DNA from: Gammaproteobacteria bacterium
GTDB lineage: Bacteria; Pseudomonadota; Gammaproteobacteria; JABCZS01
DNA: 64,000 bases
NCBI GenBank assembly: GCA_044445605.1
Contig: JBIOEA010000007.1
Span: 3,073-67,072, forward strand
Reading direction: 5' to 3'
A program made the translations under genes and the position numbers. The notes under the pieces are model-generated. The model was not told the origin of the DNA, searched no databases, and saw only the letters and a list, made by a program, of their open reading frames with translations. Each line of letters starts with the position of its first letter. Position 1 is the first letter of the stretch. Positions 27,356-37,733 of the stretch are shown here, piece by piece.

Positions 27356-30300
27356 TCTGATTCGTCGAGAAGCGCTTGACCCGTATCAATCGTTTATTGT
27401 TCAGGCGCCGGCAGGTTCGGGCAAGACACAATTATTAACATCGCGCATATTAAGTTTATTGGCGAGCCGTGTTCAAAAACCGGAATCCATTTTAGCCATC
27501 ACTTTCACACGCAAGGCAGCACAAGAAATGAAGCGCCGTGTGATGAAGGCATTGATGTTAGGGAAGGGGCCTGAGCCTGAAAAAGAACACGAAAAGGCAT
27601 TGTGGGCACTGGCAAACGCCGTGTTAGCCGTGGATGAAAAGTATCAGTGGCGATTGCTTGAAAACCCTCAGCGCCTGCGTATCATGACCATTGATGCATT
27701 GTGCAGCAGCATTACACATCAATTGCCGTTGTCCTCACGTTTGGGTGCCGATCCTAAACCGATTGAATCTTCGCGATCAACCTATATCAAAGCGGCGCAG
27801 CAAGCAATTCATCTTTTATTAGAGCAAGAAAACAGCGCATTAGAAACATTGCTCCTGCACTTGAATAACAATCAAGAAAAAGCGTCTGAATGGATTGCCA
27901 ACATGTTGTCTTCGCGCGAGCAATGGTTGCCATTATTATATGCTCAAGATCGTGACGATTTAACGAAACTACGTCGCACCTTAGAATCAAATATCGCCAT
28001 CGTCATACAAGAGACATTTGAAAAAACCATGGAGAAAACATGGGGGGTAGATTGGGATGGTTTATCGTTATACGTGTCATTTGCTGCTTCCAACCTTGAG
28101 TCTGCTTATGCTCAAGAAGTGATGGCATCATGGGTAGGGTTATCGCCGGACATCAGTGATTTCGATAAATGGCGTGCGTTATGCCGATGGATTTGCACAA
28201 AAGAAGGTGATTTGCGCAAGACGGTCGATAAGCGACAAGGTTTTCCGGCGAGTAGTAGCATTAAAGACAAAGAAGAAGCCGCACATGCGAAACAGATGAA
28301 AGAAGGTTTCATGGCCTGGCTAAACCATGTGAGAGAAGACGTTGATGCATGCGACGCACTGAGAGAATTAATCTCATTGCCTGATCCCATTTATTCAGAT
28401 CGCCAATGGGAAGTATTAAAGGCTTTATTTCACGTACTACCTGTGGCTGTTGAGCAATTGCATTTATTATTTGCCTCTCGCAGCGAAGTGGATTTTACAG
28501 CCATTGCGCGTTGCGCACTCACCGCATTGGGTGGTGATGGCGACCCGACCGATTTAGATCTCAAATTAGATGATACCCTGCATCATATTTTAGTCGATGA
28601 GTTTCAGGATACATCCAAGCCCCAATTTGAATTGATTCATCGTTTGGTTGCGTTTTGGGAAAATGACGGACAAAAAACATTGTTTTTGGTGGGTGATCCG
28701 ATGCAGTCGATCTACCGCTTTCGGCAGGCAGAAGTCGGCGGCTTCCTGCAGGCGCAATTATATGGCATGGGCCCCATTCCATTAAAGAGTGTGTCACTGA
28801 GTTCAAATTTCCGTTCTGAAAGGCCGGTCATTGATTGGATCAATGAACAAATGCCGCCGGCCTTTGCGCCTGAAGATGATATTTACATGGGCGCCATCAC
28901 CTATGCGCCATTTGAAGCGCAACATGATGCTTCACCGGGAGCGGGTGTTTATGTCGAACGTATCGCTGAAGAAGCGACTGAAGGGCCAGCCTTTTTGTCA
29001 ACGCTCACACGATTGCTGCAGGATAAAACCATCGAAACGATTGCCATTTTGGTGCGCAATCGCAATCATATTGAAGACATCTTGCCGACGTTACGGGCGG
29101 CAAAAATACCGTATCAAGCGGTTGATATGGAAAAAATCATTGAAACACCGTGTGTGCGTCAGTTATTCCAATTGACCCAAGCATATCTGAATGTGGCCAA
29201 TTCGCAAGCATGGATATCGGTATTGATGTCGCCTTATTGTGGGATGACATTATCGGATTTAACCCACTTAAAAAACAGTGCATCCACGTATTGGGAAGCA
29301 CTGCTGACGTGGAACACGATTGACGCCATTTCTGCTGATGGGAAATGGATATTGAGCCGTGTAGCGCCAATCTTAACAGCCTGGATGGCGAACAAAAATC
29401 GATTACCCATGGCTCAGGCGATTGAAGGCGTGTGGTTAGCGTTGGGTGGCCCAGCCTCATTGCCCACATTAGAAGGTGTTGCTGATGCCGAACCTTATTT
29501 TGATTTGTTATCTGAATGCGAGCAAGGTGGCACGCTGGATATCGAACAATTTAATGTTCGATTAGATAAACTGTTCTCAAAGGCATCGGGTGCGGCAAAC
29601 ATTCAGATCATGACGATTCACCATGCGAAGGGGTTAGAGTTTGATGCTGTCCTGATACCGGGATTGGAGCGTCAACCGAAATCTTCTGAAAAGCCGTTGT
29701 TACTGTGGGAGTCTTGTCCGATTGATTCAGGGCATGTCTTTTTATTTGCACCCATTCATCCGACGCAAGAAGACGTGGATCCCATTTACGAATATATTTG
29801 GAAGAAAAATAAAATTCGTGAAAAGAATGAAAATGCCCGCTTATTATATGTAGCGTTAACCAGGGCAAAAAAGCAGTTGTATTTGTTTGCCAAGGAAGTA
29901 AAGTCAAGGCCCAACAGTTTCATTGCCCTGATAGAGAATGCAGTGGCGGAACAAGCTTCACCTACGTCGCAGCCTAATGAATCATCTGCGCCCTGCAACG
30001 CTGAAATGATACCATTATCTTATGTTCTGAAACGCTTAAACCCAACGTGGGACAATCCCTATTTTTCACGTGACACTGCTATGGCGCTCGTGAGTGATGA
30101 CAAAGCGAATCCGATTGATATGAATGCGATATTGCCGTCGCAATTTGAGCACAAGACATTGGGGACGCTGATACACAAAGAATTATATTTATGGTCATTA
30201 GATCATGGGTTGATTAGCCAGTCGATTGAGAACCATCTGCCACGATGGCGTGCTATGCTGTTAGAATACGGTTTACCCGAAGTTCATTTAGATTGGGTGA

Positions 30301-30620
30301 AAACGGTGATGGCACGTGTTCAGGCTGATCCCACTGCGCAAGATATTTTATCGCCTCATCTGGATGCGCGAAGCGAATATGACATCACTGTTCAAGAAGA
30401 TGGGAAAGTGAAGACATACGTGATAGATAGAACCTATGTTGATAAAGATGGTGTGCGTGTGATTGTCGATTATAAGACAGCAGAGCATGCTGAGGGCTTT
30501 GAGAAGCATCGTGCACAATTAGAAGGCTATGCACGTGTTATGCGTACGTTAGAAGATAGGCCGATTCGATTGTGTTTATACTATCCATTAACAGGTGACA
30601 TTATCGTCAATAAACTATAA
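27345..30620 (+). CDS. addA: AddA-type UvrD/Rep helicase-nuclease subunit
   Basis: Start moved from the ORF-track 27258 to ATG 27345 (MKDDLIRREALDPYQSFIVQAPAGSGKTQLL, Walker A), which overlaps the addB stop (ATGAAGGATGA). Also has DEFQDTS (motif II), and a C-terminal VDYKT nuclease motif. Confidence 0.85.
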   Translation: MKDDLIRREALDPYQSFIVQAPAGSGKTQLLTSRILSLLASRVQKPESILAITFTRKAAQEMKRRVMKALMLGKGPEPEKEHEKALWALANAVLAVDEKYQWRLLENPQRLRIMTIDALCSSITHQLPLSSRLGADPKPIESSRSTYIKAAQQAIHLLLEQENSALETLLLHLNNNQEKASEWIANMLSSREQWLPLLYAQDRDDLTKLRRTLESNIAIVIQETFEKTMEKTWGVDWDGLSLYVSFAASNLESAYAQEVMASWVGLSPDISDFDKWRALCRWICTKEGDLRKTVDKRQGFPASSSIKDKEEAAHAKQMKEGFMAWLNHVREDVDACDALRELISLPDPIYSDRQWEVLKALFHVLPVAVEQLHLLFASRSEVDFTAIARCALTALGGDGDPTDLDLKLDDTLHHILVDEFQDTSKPQFELIHRLVAFWENDGQKTLFLVGDPMQSIYRFRQAEVGGFLQAQLYGMGPIPLKSVSLSSNFRSERPVIDWINEQMPPAFAPEDDIYMGAITYAPFEAQHDASPGAGVYVERIAEEATEGPAFLSTLTRLLQDKTIETIAILVRNRNHIEDILPTLRAAKIPYQAVDMEKIIETPCVRQLFQLTQAYLNVANSQAWISVLMSPYCGMTLSDLTHLKNSASTYWEALLTWNTIDAISADGKWILSRVAPILTAWMANKNRLPMAQAIEGVWLALGGPASLPTLEGVADAEPYFDLLSECEQGGTLDIEQFNVRLDKLFSKASGAANIQIMTIHHAKGLEFDAVLIPGLERQPKSSEKPLLLWESCPIDSGHVFLFAPIHPTQEDVDPIYEYIWKKNKIREKNENARLLYVALTRAKKQLYLFAKEVKSRPNSFIALIENAVAEQASPTSQPNESSAPCNAEMIPLSYVLKRLNPTWDNPYFSRDTAMALVSDDKANPIDMNAILPSQFEHKTLGTLIHKELYLWSLDHGLISQSIENHLPRWRAMLLEYGLPEVHLDWVKTVMARVQADPTAQDILSPHLDARSEYDITVQEDGKVKTYVIDRTYVDKDGVRVIVDYKTAEHAEGFEKHRAQLEGYARVMRTLEDRPIRLCLYYPLTGDIIVNKL

Positions 30621-30631
30621 AAGGAAATAAC

Positions 30632-31507
30632 ATGCCAACAGAAACATTGATCATCAGCATCTCCTCGAGAGCATTATTTGATTTAAACGAAAGTCACGAC
30701 GTCTACGAAAAAGAAGGCATTGAAGCCTACTCGCAATATCAAATCAGCCGCGAGAATGAGCCATTGAGACCTGGCGCCGCATTTCCGTTGGTTAAAAAAT
30801 TATTGGCATTGAACGCGGATCACGCCACACCGATTGTCGAAGTGATTTTATTATCGCGAAACAGTGCGGACACGGGCCTGCGGATTTTCAATTCTATTCA
30901 GCATTATGGATTGGACATGACGCGTGCGGTGTTCACGAGCGGCCGCTCAACTTATGATTATGTTGCAGCCTTAAACACACATTTATTTTTATCCAGTGAT
31001 CCGGTGGAAGTTCGCAAGGCATTGGATGCGGGTTTGGCGGCTGCTGTTATTTTACCAACGACGCCACAGGCGATGCCTCATCCTGAGTTACGGATTGCGT
31101 TCGATGGTGATGCAGTCTTGTTTTCGGACGCATCGCAATTGATTTATGACAAAGAAGGGCTTGACTCATTTAATCATAATGAAAAGAAAGAAGCGCATCA
31201 TCCTTTAGATGGCGGCCCATTTAAAAATTTCTTGGCACAATTATCGGCGATTCAAAAGTTATATCCTGCTGAATCAGCACCGATCAGAACGGCATTAGTG
31301 ACCGCGCGCAGTGCGCCTGCACATGAGCGTGTGATACGCACCTTACGTGATTGGAATATTCGCATTGATGAAGCATTATTTTTAGGGGGCAAAGATAAAG
31401 CGGTGTTCTTGAAAGCGTTCGGCGCCGATTTATATTTTGACGATCAAATGAAATATTGCGAGAGTGCAAAAGCACACGTGGCAACGGGGCACGTGCCGCC
31501 GAGATGA
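30632..31507 (+). CDS. 5'-nucleotidase of the cytosolic cN-I-like family (PF06189-type)
   Basis: 291 aa. Recognised from memory of the bacterial '5'-nucleotidase' family related to eukaryotic NT5C1 (N-terminus LIISISSRALFDLNESH..., C-terminus YFDDQ). Lies 11 nt (30621..30631) downstream of addA. Confidence 0.6.
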   Translation: MPTETLIISISSRALFDLNESHDVYEKEGIEAYSQYQISRENEPLRPGAAFPLVKKLLALNADHATPIVEVILLSRNSADTGLRIFNSIQHYGLDMTRAVFTSGRSTYDYVAALNTHLFLSSDPVEVRKALDAGLAAAVILPTTPQAMPHPELRIAFDGDAVLFSDASQLIYDKEGLDSFNHNEKKEAHHPLDGGPFKNFLAQLSAIQKLYPAESAPIRTALVTARSAPAHERVIRTLRDWNIRIDEALFLGGKDKAVFLKAFGADLYFDDQMKYCESAKAHVATGHVPPR

Positions 31508-31520
31508 TACCCTCAAAAAT

Positions 31521-33533
31521 CTAAGGCGTGACAACATTAAACCACAGGTCAAATTTATCGAGCAGTCCAATGAACTGCGACAAGGTACCGGCATTGCCAT
31601 TCAGTTTAATGGAGCCATCTTTGACGCTATCGATGACAGATATTGACCCTAAAATCATTTCATTCAATTTGGCGCGATTGAATGTCACGGTGACATCGGC
31701 TTTTTCGGAGACTTCCCCGGGGAAGTAATTGAGCACGCCATTTTTAACGGTGATGCGATATTGTTGATTCAGATCGGGCAGGACCCAATTCATACTGATA
31801 TTCACATTAGCTGCTTTTGGGCCATTTAATCGAATGGCGAGGTAATCAAGAATCATGTCCATCGGCATGGCTGCGACAATATCGGGTGATACGGTGGATG
31901 CGGCTGGGAATGATTTGACACCATTGCGTAATTCTTGTGCACCGGTCAGGTAAAAATTACGCCATGGCGCACTTTCGGCTTGGTAGCCCATTTGTTCGAG
32001 CGCGTTGGCGAGCAAATGGCGTGCTTCTGTATTTTGAGGATCGGCGAAGACAACCTCGTTTAATACTTGTGCAACCCAGCGGTATTGACCTGCATCATAA
32101 TCTTTTTTGGCTTTTTCTATCACTGCGGCAGCGCCACCCATGTATTCAATGGATTTTTTACTTGTTTCAACGGGAGGCAGAGGATACAAGTGTGAAGGAT
32201 TGGCATCAAACCATCCTAGATAACGTTGATACACTGCTTTCACGTCGTGATTGACCGTACCGTAATAACCTCGGTCGGCCCACGTTGCCTGCAAATTGGC
32301 TGGTAAAGCAACCATTTCAGCAATTTCAGTCATGGTGTGACCTTCGTTGGCCAATCGCAATGTTTGATCATGAATGTATTTATAAGCATCGCGTTGATTT
32401 TCCATCAGTGTGATGATCTCATCATGGCCCCACGTGGGCCAGTGATGGCTAGAAAACATCACTGTCGTGCTGTCGCCATAACGTTTAATGGATTCATTAA
32501 TGTGCTTGACCCAGCTGACCGCATCGCGCACGGTTGCGCCGCGCAAGCTATACAAGTTGTGGAGTGTGTGTGTGATATTTTCAGCCATGCACAGGGCATG
32601 CAAAGATGGGATGAAAAAATTCATTTCACTGGGTGCTTCGGTATTCGGTGTTAATTGGAATTCAAATGCTAGATTGCCTAAGGTCATCAGTTCGCCTGTT
32701 TGTGCGACGCTGTGTGTGGGTGGAATGAGCGTGACAGTGCCTGATGAAACGGCTTTCCCTAAACCTGCATCGACGCTGCCTTTGGGATCTTGAGGCAGGA
32801 GTGAACCATACATATACATAGCACGACGTGACATGGCGTTACCTGCCATCACGTTTTCGCTGATGGCATGTTCCATGAATCCAATCGGTGCGATGATTTG
32901 CACTTTGCCACTTTTTACATCTGCTTCATCCACAATCCCGCGCACACCACCAAAATGATCTACGTGGCTGTGGGTATAAATGACCGCAATGACGGGTTTG
33001 GGCCCAACGGTTTCATTGACCAAATCGAGCCCGGCTTTGGCTGTTTCGGCGCTCATCAGGGGATCGACGACCACATAACCATTGCCAGCATCAATGATGG
33101 TCATGACCGAAATATCGTACCCGCGAATTTGATAAATCTGGTCAATGACTTTAAATAAACCATAGTTCATGTTTAATAAGGACATACGCCATAAACTGGG
33201 GTTAACCGTGTCAGGGGAGCGCAAATTCATGTTTTCAAAGGTCATGAATTTATCGAGACTCCAAACGGGTGCCCCATTGGCTGTCATGATATTGAGGCCT
33301 TTGGGCTGCTTCAACAGGTTTTGTGATGCGTGGGTGAAGTCGTCCATGTTCCCAAAAGGGAGCGATTTAAGGAACTGAGCCTGGCTGGACATGGTACTGA
33401 TAGAGGCTTCTTGTGGCGCTGGGGCTTGTACTTCGACAGGAGTGGGTTCCGGGGCCGGATTCTTTTGTGGGCCAGGGGCTGCCGCAGCCAAAAGGGCTGT
33501 AATGAACAAAGCTTGAGAGTGTCCAGTGATCAT
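31521..33533 (-). CDS. Alkyl/aryl-sulfatase, metallo-beta-lactamase fold with C-terminal SCP2-like domain (SdsA1/BDS1 family), secreted
   Basis: Start moved to ATG 33533 (MITGHSQALFITALLAAAAPG signal peptide, AAGGAAG Shine-Dalgarno upstream). YTHSHVDHFGG is the MBL HxHxDH motif. Long dimerisation and SCP2 C-terminus. Confidence 0.8.
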   Translation of the reverse strand: MITGHSQALFITALLAAAAPGPQKNPAPEPTPVEVQAPAPQEASISTMSSQAQFLKSLPFGNMDDFTHASQNLLKQPKGLNIMTANGAPVWSLDKFMTFENMNLRSPDTVNPSLWRMSLLNMNYGLFKVIDQIYQIRGYDISVMTIIDAGNGYVVVDPLMSAETAKAGLDLVNETVGPKPVIAVIYTHSHVDHFGGVRGIVDEADVKSGKVQIIAPIGFMEHAISENVMAGNAMSRRAMYMYGSLLPQDPKGSVDAGLGKAVSSGTVTLIPPTHSVAQTGELMTLGNLAFEFQLTPNTEAPSEMNFFIPSLHALCMAENITHTLHNLYSLRGATVRDAVSWVKHINESIKRYGDSTTVMFSSHHWPTWGHDEIITLMENQRDAYKYIHDQTLRLANEGHTMTEIAEMVALPANLQATWADRGYYGTVNHDVKAVYQRYLGWFDANPSHLYPLPPVETSKKSIEYMGGAAAVIEKAKKDYDAGQYRWVAQVLNEVVFADPQNTEARHLLANALEQMGYQAESAPWRNFYLTGAQELRNGVKSFPAASTVSPDIVAAMPMDMILDYLAIRLNGPKAANVNISMNWVLPDLNQQYRITVKNGVLNYFPGEVSEKADVTVTFNRAKLNEMILGSISVIDSVKDGSIKLNGNAGTLSQFIGLLDKFDLWFNVVTP

Positions 33534-33676
33534 GTCTTCTTCCTTGAAGGTATTCTTAAGGAAAGGATAGCTCAAAAAATGATATTTTTCCTCGCAAATG
33601 ACCATAGTTGGCAAATTGACACGCGAAGTTTCTCGTGGTACCCTGGCCACCTATTTGTACGCAGTTGGGGTGTTTC

Positions 33677-36226
33677 ATGCTTGAGAATCGAGTTGAATTG
33701 TTATCTGGGGTAGCAAAGAAGCTATTTAATAATGATTCATTCATTGACACTTCATCCCGGTACAATGACTTTGGATCCCAGTTTTTAGCTGCTTTAAATA
33801 AGGCAGAGATGATTGCTAAAAATGCGAATACTCAGGCATTTGTGATAAAGAAGACCAAAATTGTCATAGAGTGTTTCCCCGGTGTACTCGTTGGTTATGC
33901 AGAAAAACAGAAAAATCACGATCTGAGGGAAAAGTTACTTCGACTCACAGCTTCCCAGGAGACCGGCAGCATAGGTGCCAGTCTCTTTCAACTGATCGTC
34001 TTCCTTGAAGAGTCCGAGCGGATGCTCAATAAAGCGACCGATCCTGCGAGAGTCAAGAAGGCCAATGAGTATATTAGGGGATTTTTCAGTGAGCTTCGTG
34101 TGCTTAGCAGCCTTTGTGATAGTGACCTTAACCTGAATGAAGCCGTTTCATTTGTAGGCCTGATGAAAAAAGTCTTGGAACATTCTCGTTTTGTTAAGTT
34201 GAACAACAAAGATGATATTGACAAATGCTTTGAATTTAACTTAAGAAGGTTGGCAGTATATGCTGTTGATAAAGCTAGGCGTTCATTCGGTCAGCATGTG
34301 GGTGGGAAGTTGACCCATTATGATGCCGACATAAAAGTTTTCGTCGATTTTCTATTAAATGACAAATTAATTCTTTCAAACGAAAAGCTAAGGAAAGAGC
34401 TTTGCAGCGATCTCATGAACGCATTTAAAACATTTCATGATAAGCATGCGAATCATTACATTACAAGCTTTGAGTCCGCTCATACGTATAATCAAATGAT
34501 GGATTGCGCAAGTAAGGCCGCAAAAAACCTGAGAAGCGTTTTATCCTATGAAGATGTGTCGTGGATAAAAGATGTTAAATCATATGACATGGTTAAATTT
34601 AATCATAATATGATGCGTATGCCAGATGTGGTGAGTGCTTTTATGGTCTCTGGAGCTGTGGTAAGTTTTTTGCTGTATTTATCTACTGTTAAGCATTTGT
34701 TTGATGATGCTGTATTCCTGTCCAAAGAGGAGATGCGAGGGCTTCATCAGGATAAGCATTTTTATGAAGATACGGTATATCTCCTGGCCGCTACGTATTT
34801 AGCATATCTTTTTGTTCGAGGGGATAATAAGGATAAACGAAAATTTATCATTTTTCCATCGGTTGCGTTGACGCTTGATGAGCTCTTTGATAAGCCATGC
34901 GAATGGGGCCCGAAGGAAATAGATGAAGACGTTTTCTATGATGCGGAACAGGGTAAAGATGAAGATTTGTTTTTTGATGCGGTCGATAGCTCAGTGATGA
35001 TCAAAGAGAATATTGCGCCTCTGCCCGTCCGGAAGTTTCTTTCAGAAGAGAGAATGCACACTCTTTTAAAAGATACCTATAGAAAAGTAAAAAATGAAGT
35101 TGAATCCAGAGCTGTTGGAGCAGGTGAGCTTTTCGGTGAAACAGCCAGGCCAGTGGTGAAAGCGCAGCTTAATATGATTCGGTTGCGGTTTTTTGATCTT
35201 GAGAAATCTGCGCACTTTTTTATGGATGATCAATTTAAAGAAGATAATTTTCGTGATGCGCTCATTAACGAATGGAATAGCGTGTTAGATGCAAATGACT
35301 TGCCAGTGCTTGTGATGCGCATCCAACAAGAAATCAAGGTTCAAAAAGAGCCTGAAACACCCAGGAAATTCGACACGACCGTTGTTTCAAGTGCTTCATC
35401 GGATAAAATCCAGGTTGATGTGGATTTGAAACCGTCTTCTCAAGTTGCTCAGGCACCCCTAGTCATTTTTTCTAAGGTATCAAGTGCTGATCCCGTTTTA
35501 GTAAAGGAAGTTGTTTCTTGTGCTCGACGCTATATTCCTCGCGTCGACAGCGATGACGGCGCGGCCCAGTTCGAGGCATTATTGGTGTTGAAATACGATT
35601 TGAGCTTGATCTGTAAAGCGCTGTGCTTCGTTGAGCATGAGGATAATGCTCTTTATAATGCCATGATATCAAATCAATCTTATCCCACGCCCCAACAAAT
35701 GCTTGCCGAACTCGAAGATGAGAATATTGAAAACAGTGATGACCAGAGAATCGTGTATTACACGACTGCTCTTGAACAGCTATGTTCTTTAAAAAACTTC
35801 AATGTGATAAATGGCGTTCCGCTCGAATTAAGCGTAGAGACTCTGCCAACGAACGTGAACAATGCTGATAACACATTATTATTGCAGAACAAACTAGACG
35901 CATTAAAAACCCTTATCAACAGCTTTCATGAGAAATACGATCTTGATACGGTTATTCCGCCATCCAAGAAAAAAGCCTACATTATGGCTATCGTTGAGTC
36001 ATTTAAAATGTGGGAACAAATGACGTCTGGATTGTCTAATGATCATCTGCTGGAAGTGAATGATCATGTGCTTAAACGCTTTCAGGGCGTCAAGGATGCG
36101 TTGAGTGATTATTCAACTCACAAAACCATGGATAAGATGCAGCATGAAGATTTGCGCGCTATTTTGGAAAACAAGGCATTTATTTATGAAGTTCACGGCA
36201 GTAAGCCAAAAATGAATAATAACTGA
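33677..36226 (+). CDS. Large hypothetical protein (~849 aa) with a central pair of hydrophobic segments; candidate secreted effector
   Basis: ORF 33635..36226, with the start probably at MLENRVELL (33677). No recognisable domain. Hydrophobic segments are VVSAFMVSGAVVSFLLYLSTV and VYLLAATYLAYLFV. AT-rich. Confidence 0.55.
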   Translation: MLENRVELLSGVAKKLFNNDSFIDTSSRYNDFGSQFLAALNKAEMIAKNANTQAFVIKKTKIVIECFPGVLVGYAEKQKNHDLREKLLRLTASQETGSIGASLFQLIVFLEESERMLNKATDPARVKKANEYIRGFFSELRVLSSLCDSDLNLNEAVSFVGLMKKVLEHSRFVKLNNKDDIDKCFEFNLRRLAVYAVDKARRSFGQHVGGKLTHYDADIKVFVDFLLNDKLILSNEKLRKELCSDLMNAFKTFHDKHANHYITSFESAHTYNQMMDCASKAAKNLRSVLSYEDVSWIKDVKSYDMVKFNHNMMRMPDVVSAFMVSGAVVSFLLYLSTVKHLFDDAVFLSKEEMRGLHQDKHFYEDTVYLLAATYLAYLFVRGDNKDKRKFIIFPSVALTLDELFDKPCEWGPKEIDEDVFYDAEQGKDEDLFFDAVDSSVMIKENIAPLPVRKFLSEERMHTLLKDTYRKVKNEVESRAVGAGELFGETARPVVKAQLNMIRLRFFDLEKSAHFFMDDQFKEDNFRDALINEWNSVLDANDLPVLVMRIQQEIKVQKEPETPRKFDTTVVSSASSDKIQVDVDLKPSSQVAQAPLVIFSKVSSADPVLVKEVVSCARRYIPRVDSDDGAAQFEALLVLKYDLSLICKALCFVEHEDNALYNAMISNQSYPTPQQMLAELEDENIENSDDQRIVYYTTALEQLCSLKNFNVINGVPLELSVETLPTNVNNADNTLLLQNKLDALKTLINSFHEKYDLDTVIPPSKKKAYIMAIVESFKMWEQMTSGLSNDHLLEVNDHVLKRFQGVKDALSDYSTHKTMDKMQHEDLRAILENKAFIYEVHGSKPKMNNN

Positions 36227-36392
36227 GTCATGGAACTGTAGAGAATAGGAGCGCTGTTACCACTCGTATCTGGAAAGCTTTCTAAAATCAAGAGTCAGGG
36301 ATGCGGCAACGCTTTGTTTTCATGTGCTATATTCGTATCAATGATCAATTGCGAATGGAAATTCACCTTAATAAGCCATGGAGGGCAAAAAA

Positions 36393-37733
36393 ATGACCAC
36401 AAAGTTTGATGGGCATGTATTTCATCGCGGTGAGCATGGATATGAAGAAGCGCGCAGAGGAAGTGTTTGGTGTGCAGGTGTTGCAGATCGCTATCCAGAG
36501 ATGATCATTCAAGCTAAAAACGAGAATGACGTGATTGCTGCGGTCAAGCTTGCCAATGAGAAAGGCTTGAGATTGAGCGTGCGTTCAGGCGGCCACAGCT
36601 GGCCTAACAACCATTTGCGTGAAGGTTGTTTAATGCTGGATATCAATCAGCTTAACGATTATTCTATTGATCCTAAATCCATGACGGCGACGGCTCAACC
36701 TGGCCTGCACGGTTCCGATCTCAATAAAGTGCTCAGCACATATGAATTATATTTTCCGACAGGGCATTGTACGAGCGTTTCAATTGGTGGTTATTTGCTT
36801 CAAGGTGGATTTGGCTGGAATGGCCGCGTTTACGGTCCAGCATGCATGAGTGTGATTGGCATAGATGCGGTCACTGCGGATGGCAAGCTTATCCACGCAG
36901 ATGAGCATGAAAATGCAGATCTGTTGTGGGCAGCACGAGGCGCAGGGCCAGGTTTTTTTGCAGTGGTTACGCGTTACTATATCAAAGTATATCCCAGGCA
37001 TCGGATCACCATGAATAGTACTTATGTTTATCCGCTGGATGTTTTTGAAGAAGTGTTTCGTTGGTCACATGAGATTGGCCGTGAAACCACATGTGAAATC
37101 AATACGCTGGTGTCACGCTCAGAAGCAGCAAACAATCAACCCGTTATTACCCTCCTGGCGACAGCCTTTGGCGATAGTGAGGTACATTGTCGAGAAATGT
37201 TGGCATTGTATGAAACATGCCCCGTCCGTGATCGTGCGATGGTAGCAAATGTATACCAACGTTCTAGTCTTTCTCAAAACACACAAGTAGGGTCTGAAGG
37301 ACATTATTGGCCACGCATGCGATATGTCGCAGACAATATATGGACGCATGCAAAGTTTGATGATCTGATTCCTGGTTTGAGGAAGATTGTTGATACGTTA
37401 CCGCCTGCACCGACTCACATGGTATGGTTCAATTGGGGTTCTACGAATACTGTAAAAAGACCTGATATGGCTTTTTCATTGGAAGATGATTTTTATTATG
37501 CTGTATATGCAGCGTGGAGTGATCCTGAAGACGACGACAAATATAAACGGTGGGTCACTGAGCGCATGAGAGAACTTGAACCGTTTTCGTCAGGTATTCA
37601 ATTGGCAGATGAGAATTTAATCAACAGGCCCGCACGGTTTATGAAGGATGAGAATCTGAAGCGTTTGGACGAACTACGCAGCAAATATGACCCGAATAAT
37701 TTATTTTATCCTTGGTTGGGTCGGCCATGGTAA
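36393..37733 (+). CDS. FAD-binding oxidoreductase (PCMH / FAD_binding_4, berberine-bridge-enzyme-like)
   Basis: ATG 36393 is preceded by GGAGG at an 8-nt spacing. SVRSGGHSW motif. The C-terminus YDPNNLF is typical of the BBE-like domain. Confidence 0.8.
   Translation: MTTKFDGHVFHRGEHGYEEARRGSVWCAGVADRYPEMIIQAKNENDVIAAVKLANEKGLRLSVRSGGHSWPNNHLREGCLMLDINQLNDYSIDPKSMTATAQPGLHGSDLNKVLSTYELYFPTGHCTSVSIGGYLLQGGFGWNGRVYGPACMSVIGIDAVTADGKLIHADEHENADLLWAARGAGPGFFAVVTRYYIKVYPRHRITMNSTYVYPLDVFEEVFRWSHEIGRETTCEINTLVSRSEAANNQPVITLLATAFGDSEVHCREMLALYETCPVRDRAMVANVYQRSSLSQNTQVGSEGHYWPRMRYVADNIWTHAKFDDLIPGLRKIVDTLPPAPTHMVWFNWGSTNTVKRPDMAFSLEDDFYYAVYAAWSDPEDDDKYKRWVTERMRELEPFSSGIQLADENLINRPARFMKDENLKRLDELRSKYDPNNLFYPWLGRPW

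Noticed and set aside
33534-33650. N-terminal 39-codon extension of the sulfatase ORF
   Set aside because: The internal ATG at 33533 has a Shine-Dalgarno and starts a canonical signal peptide. The extension would bury the signal peptide.
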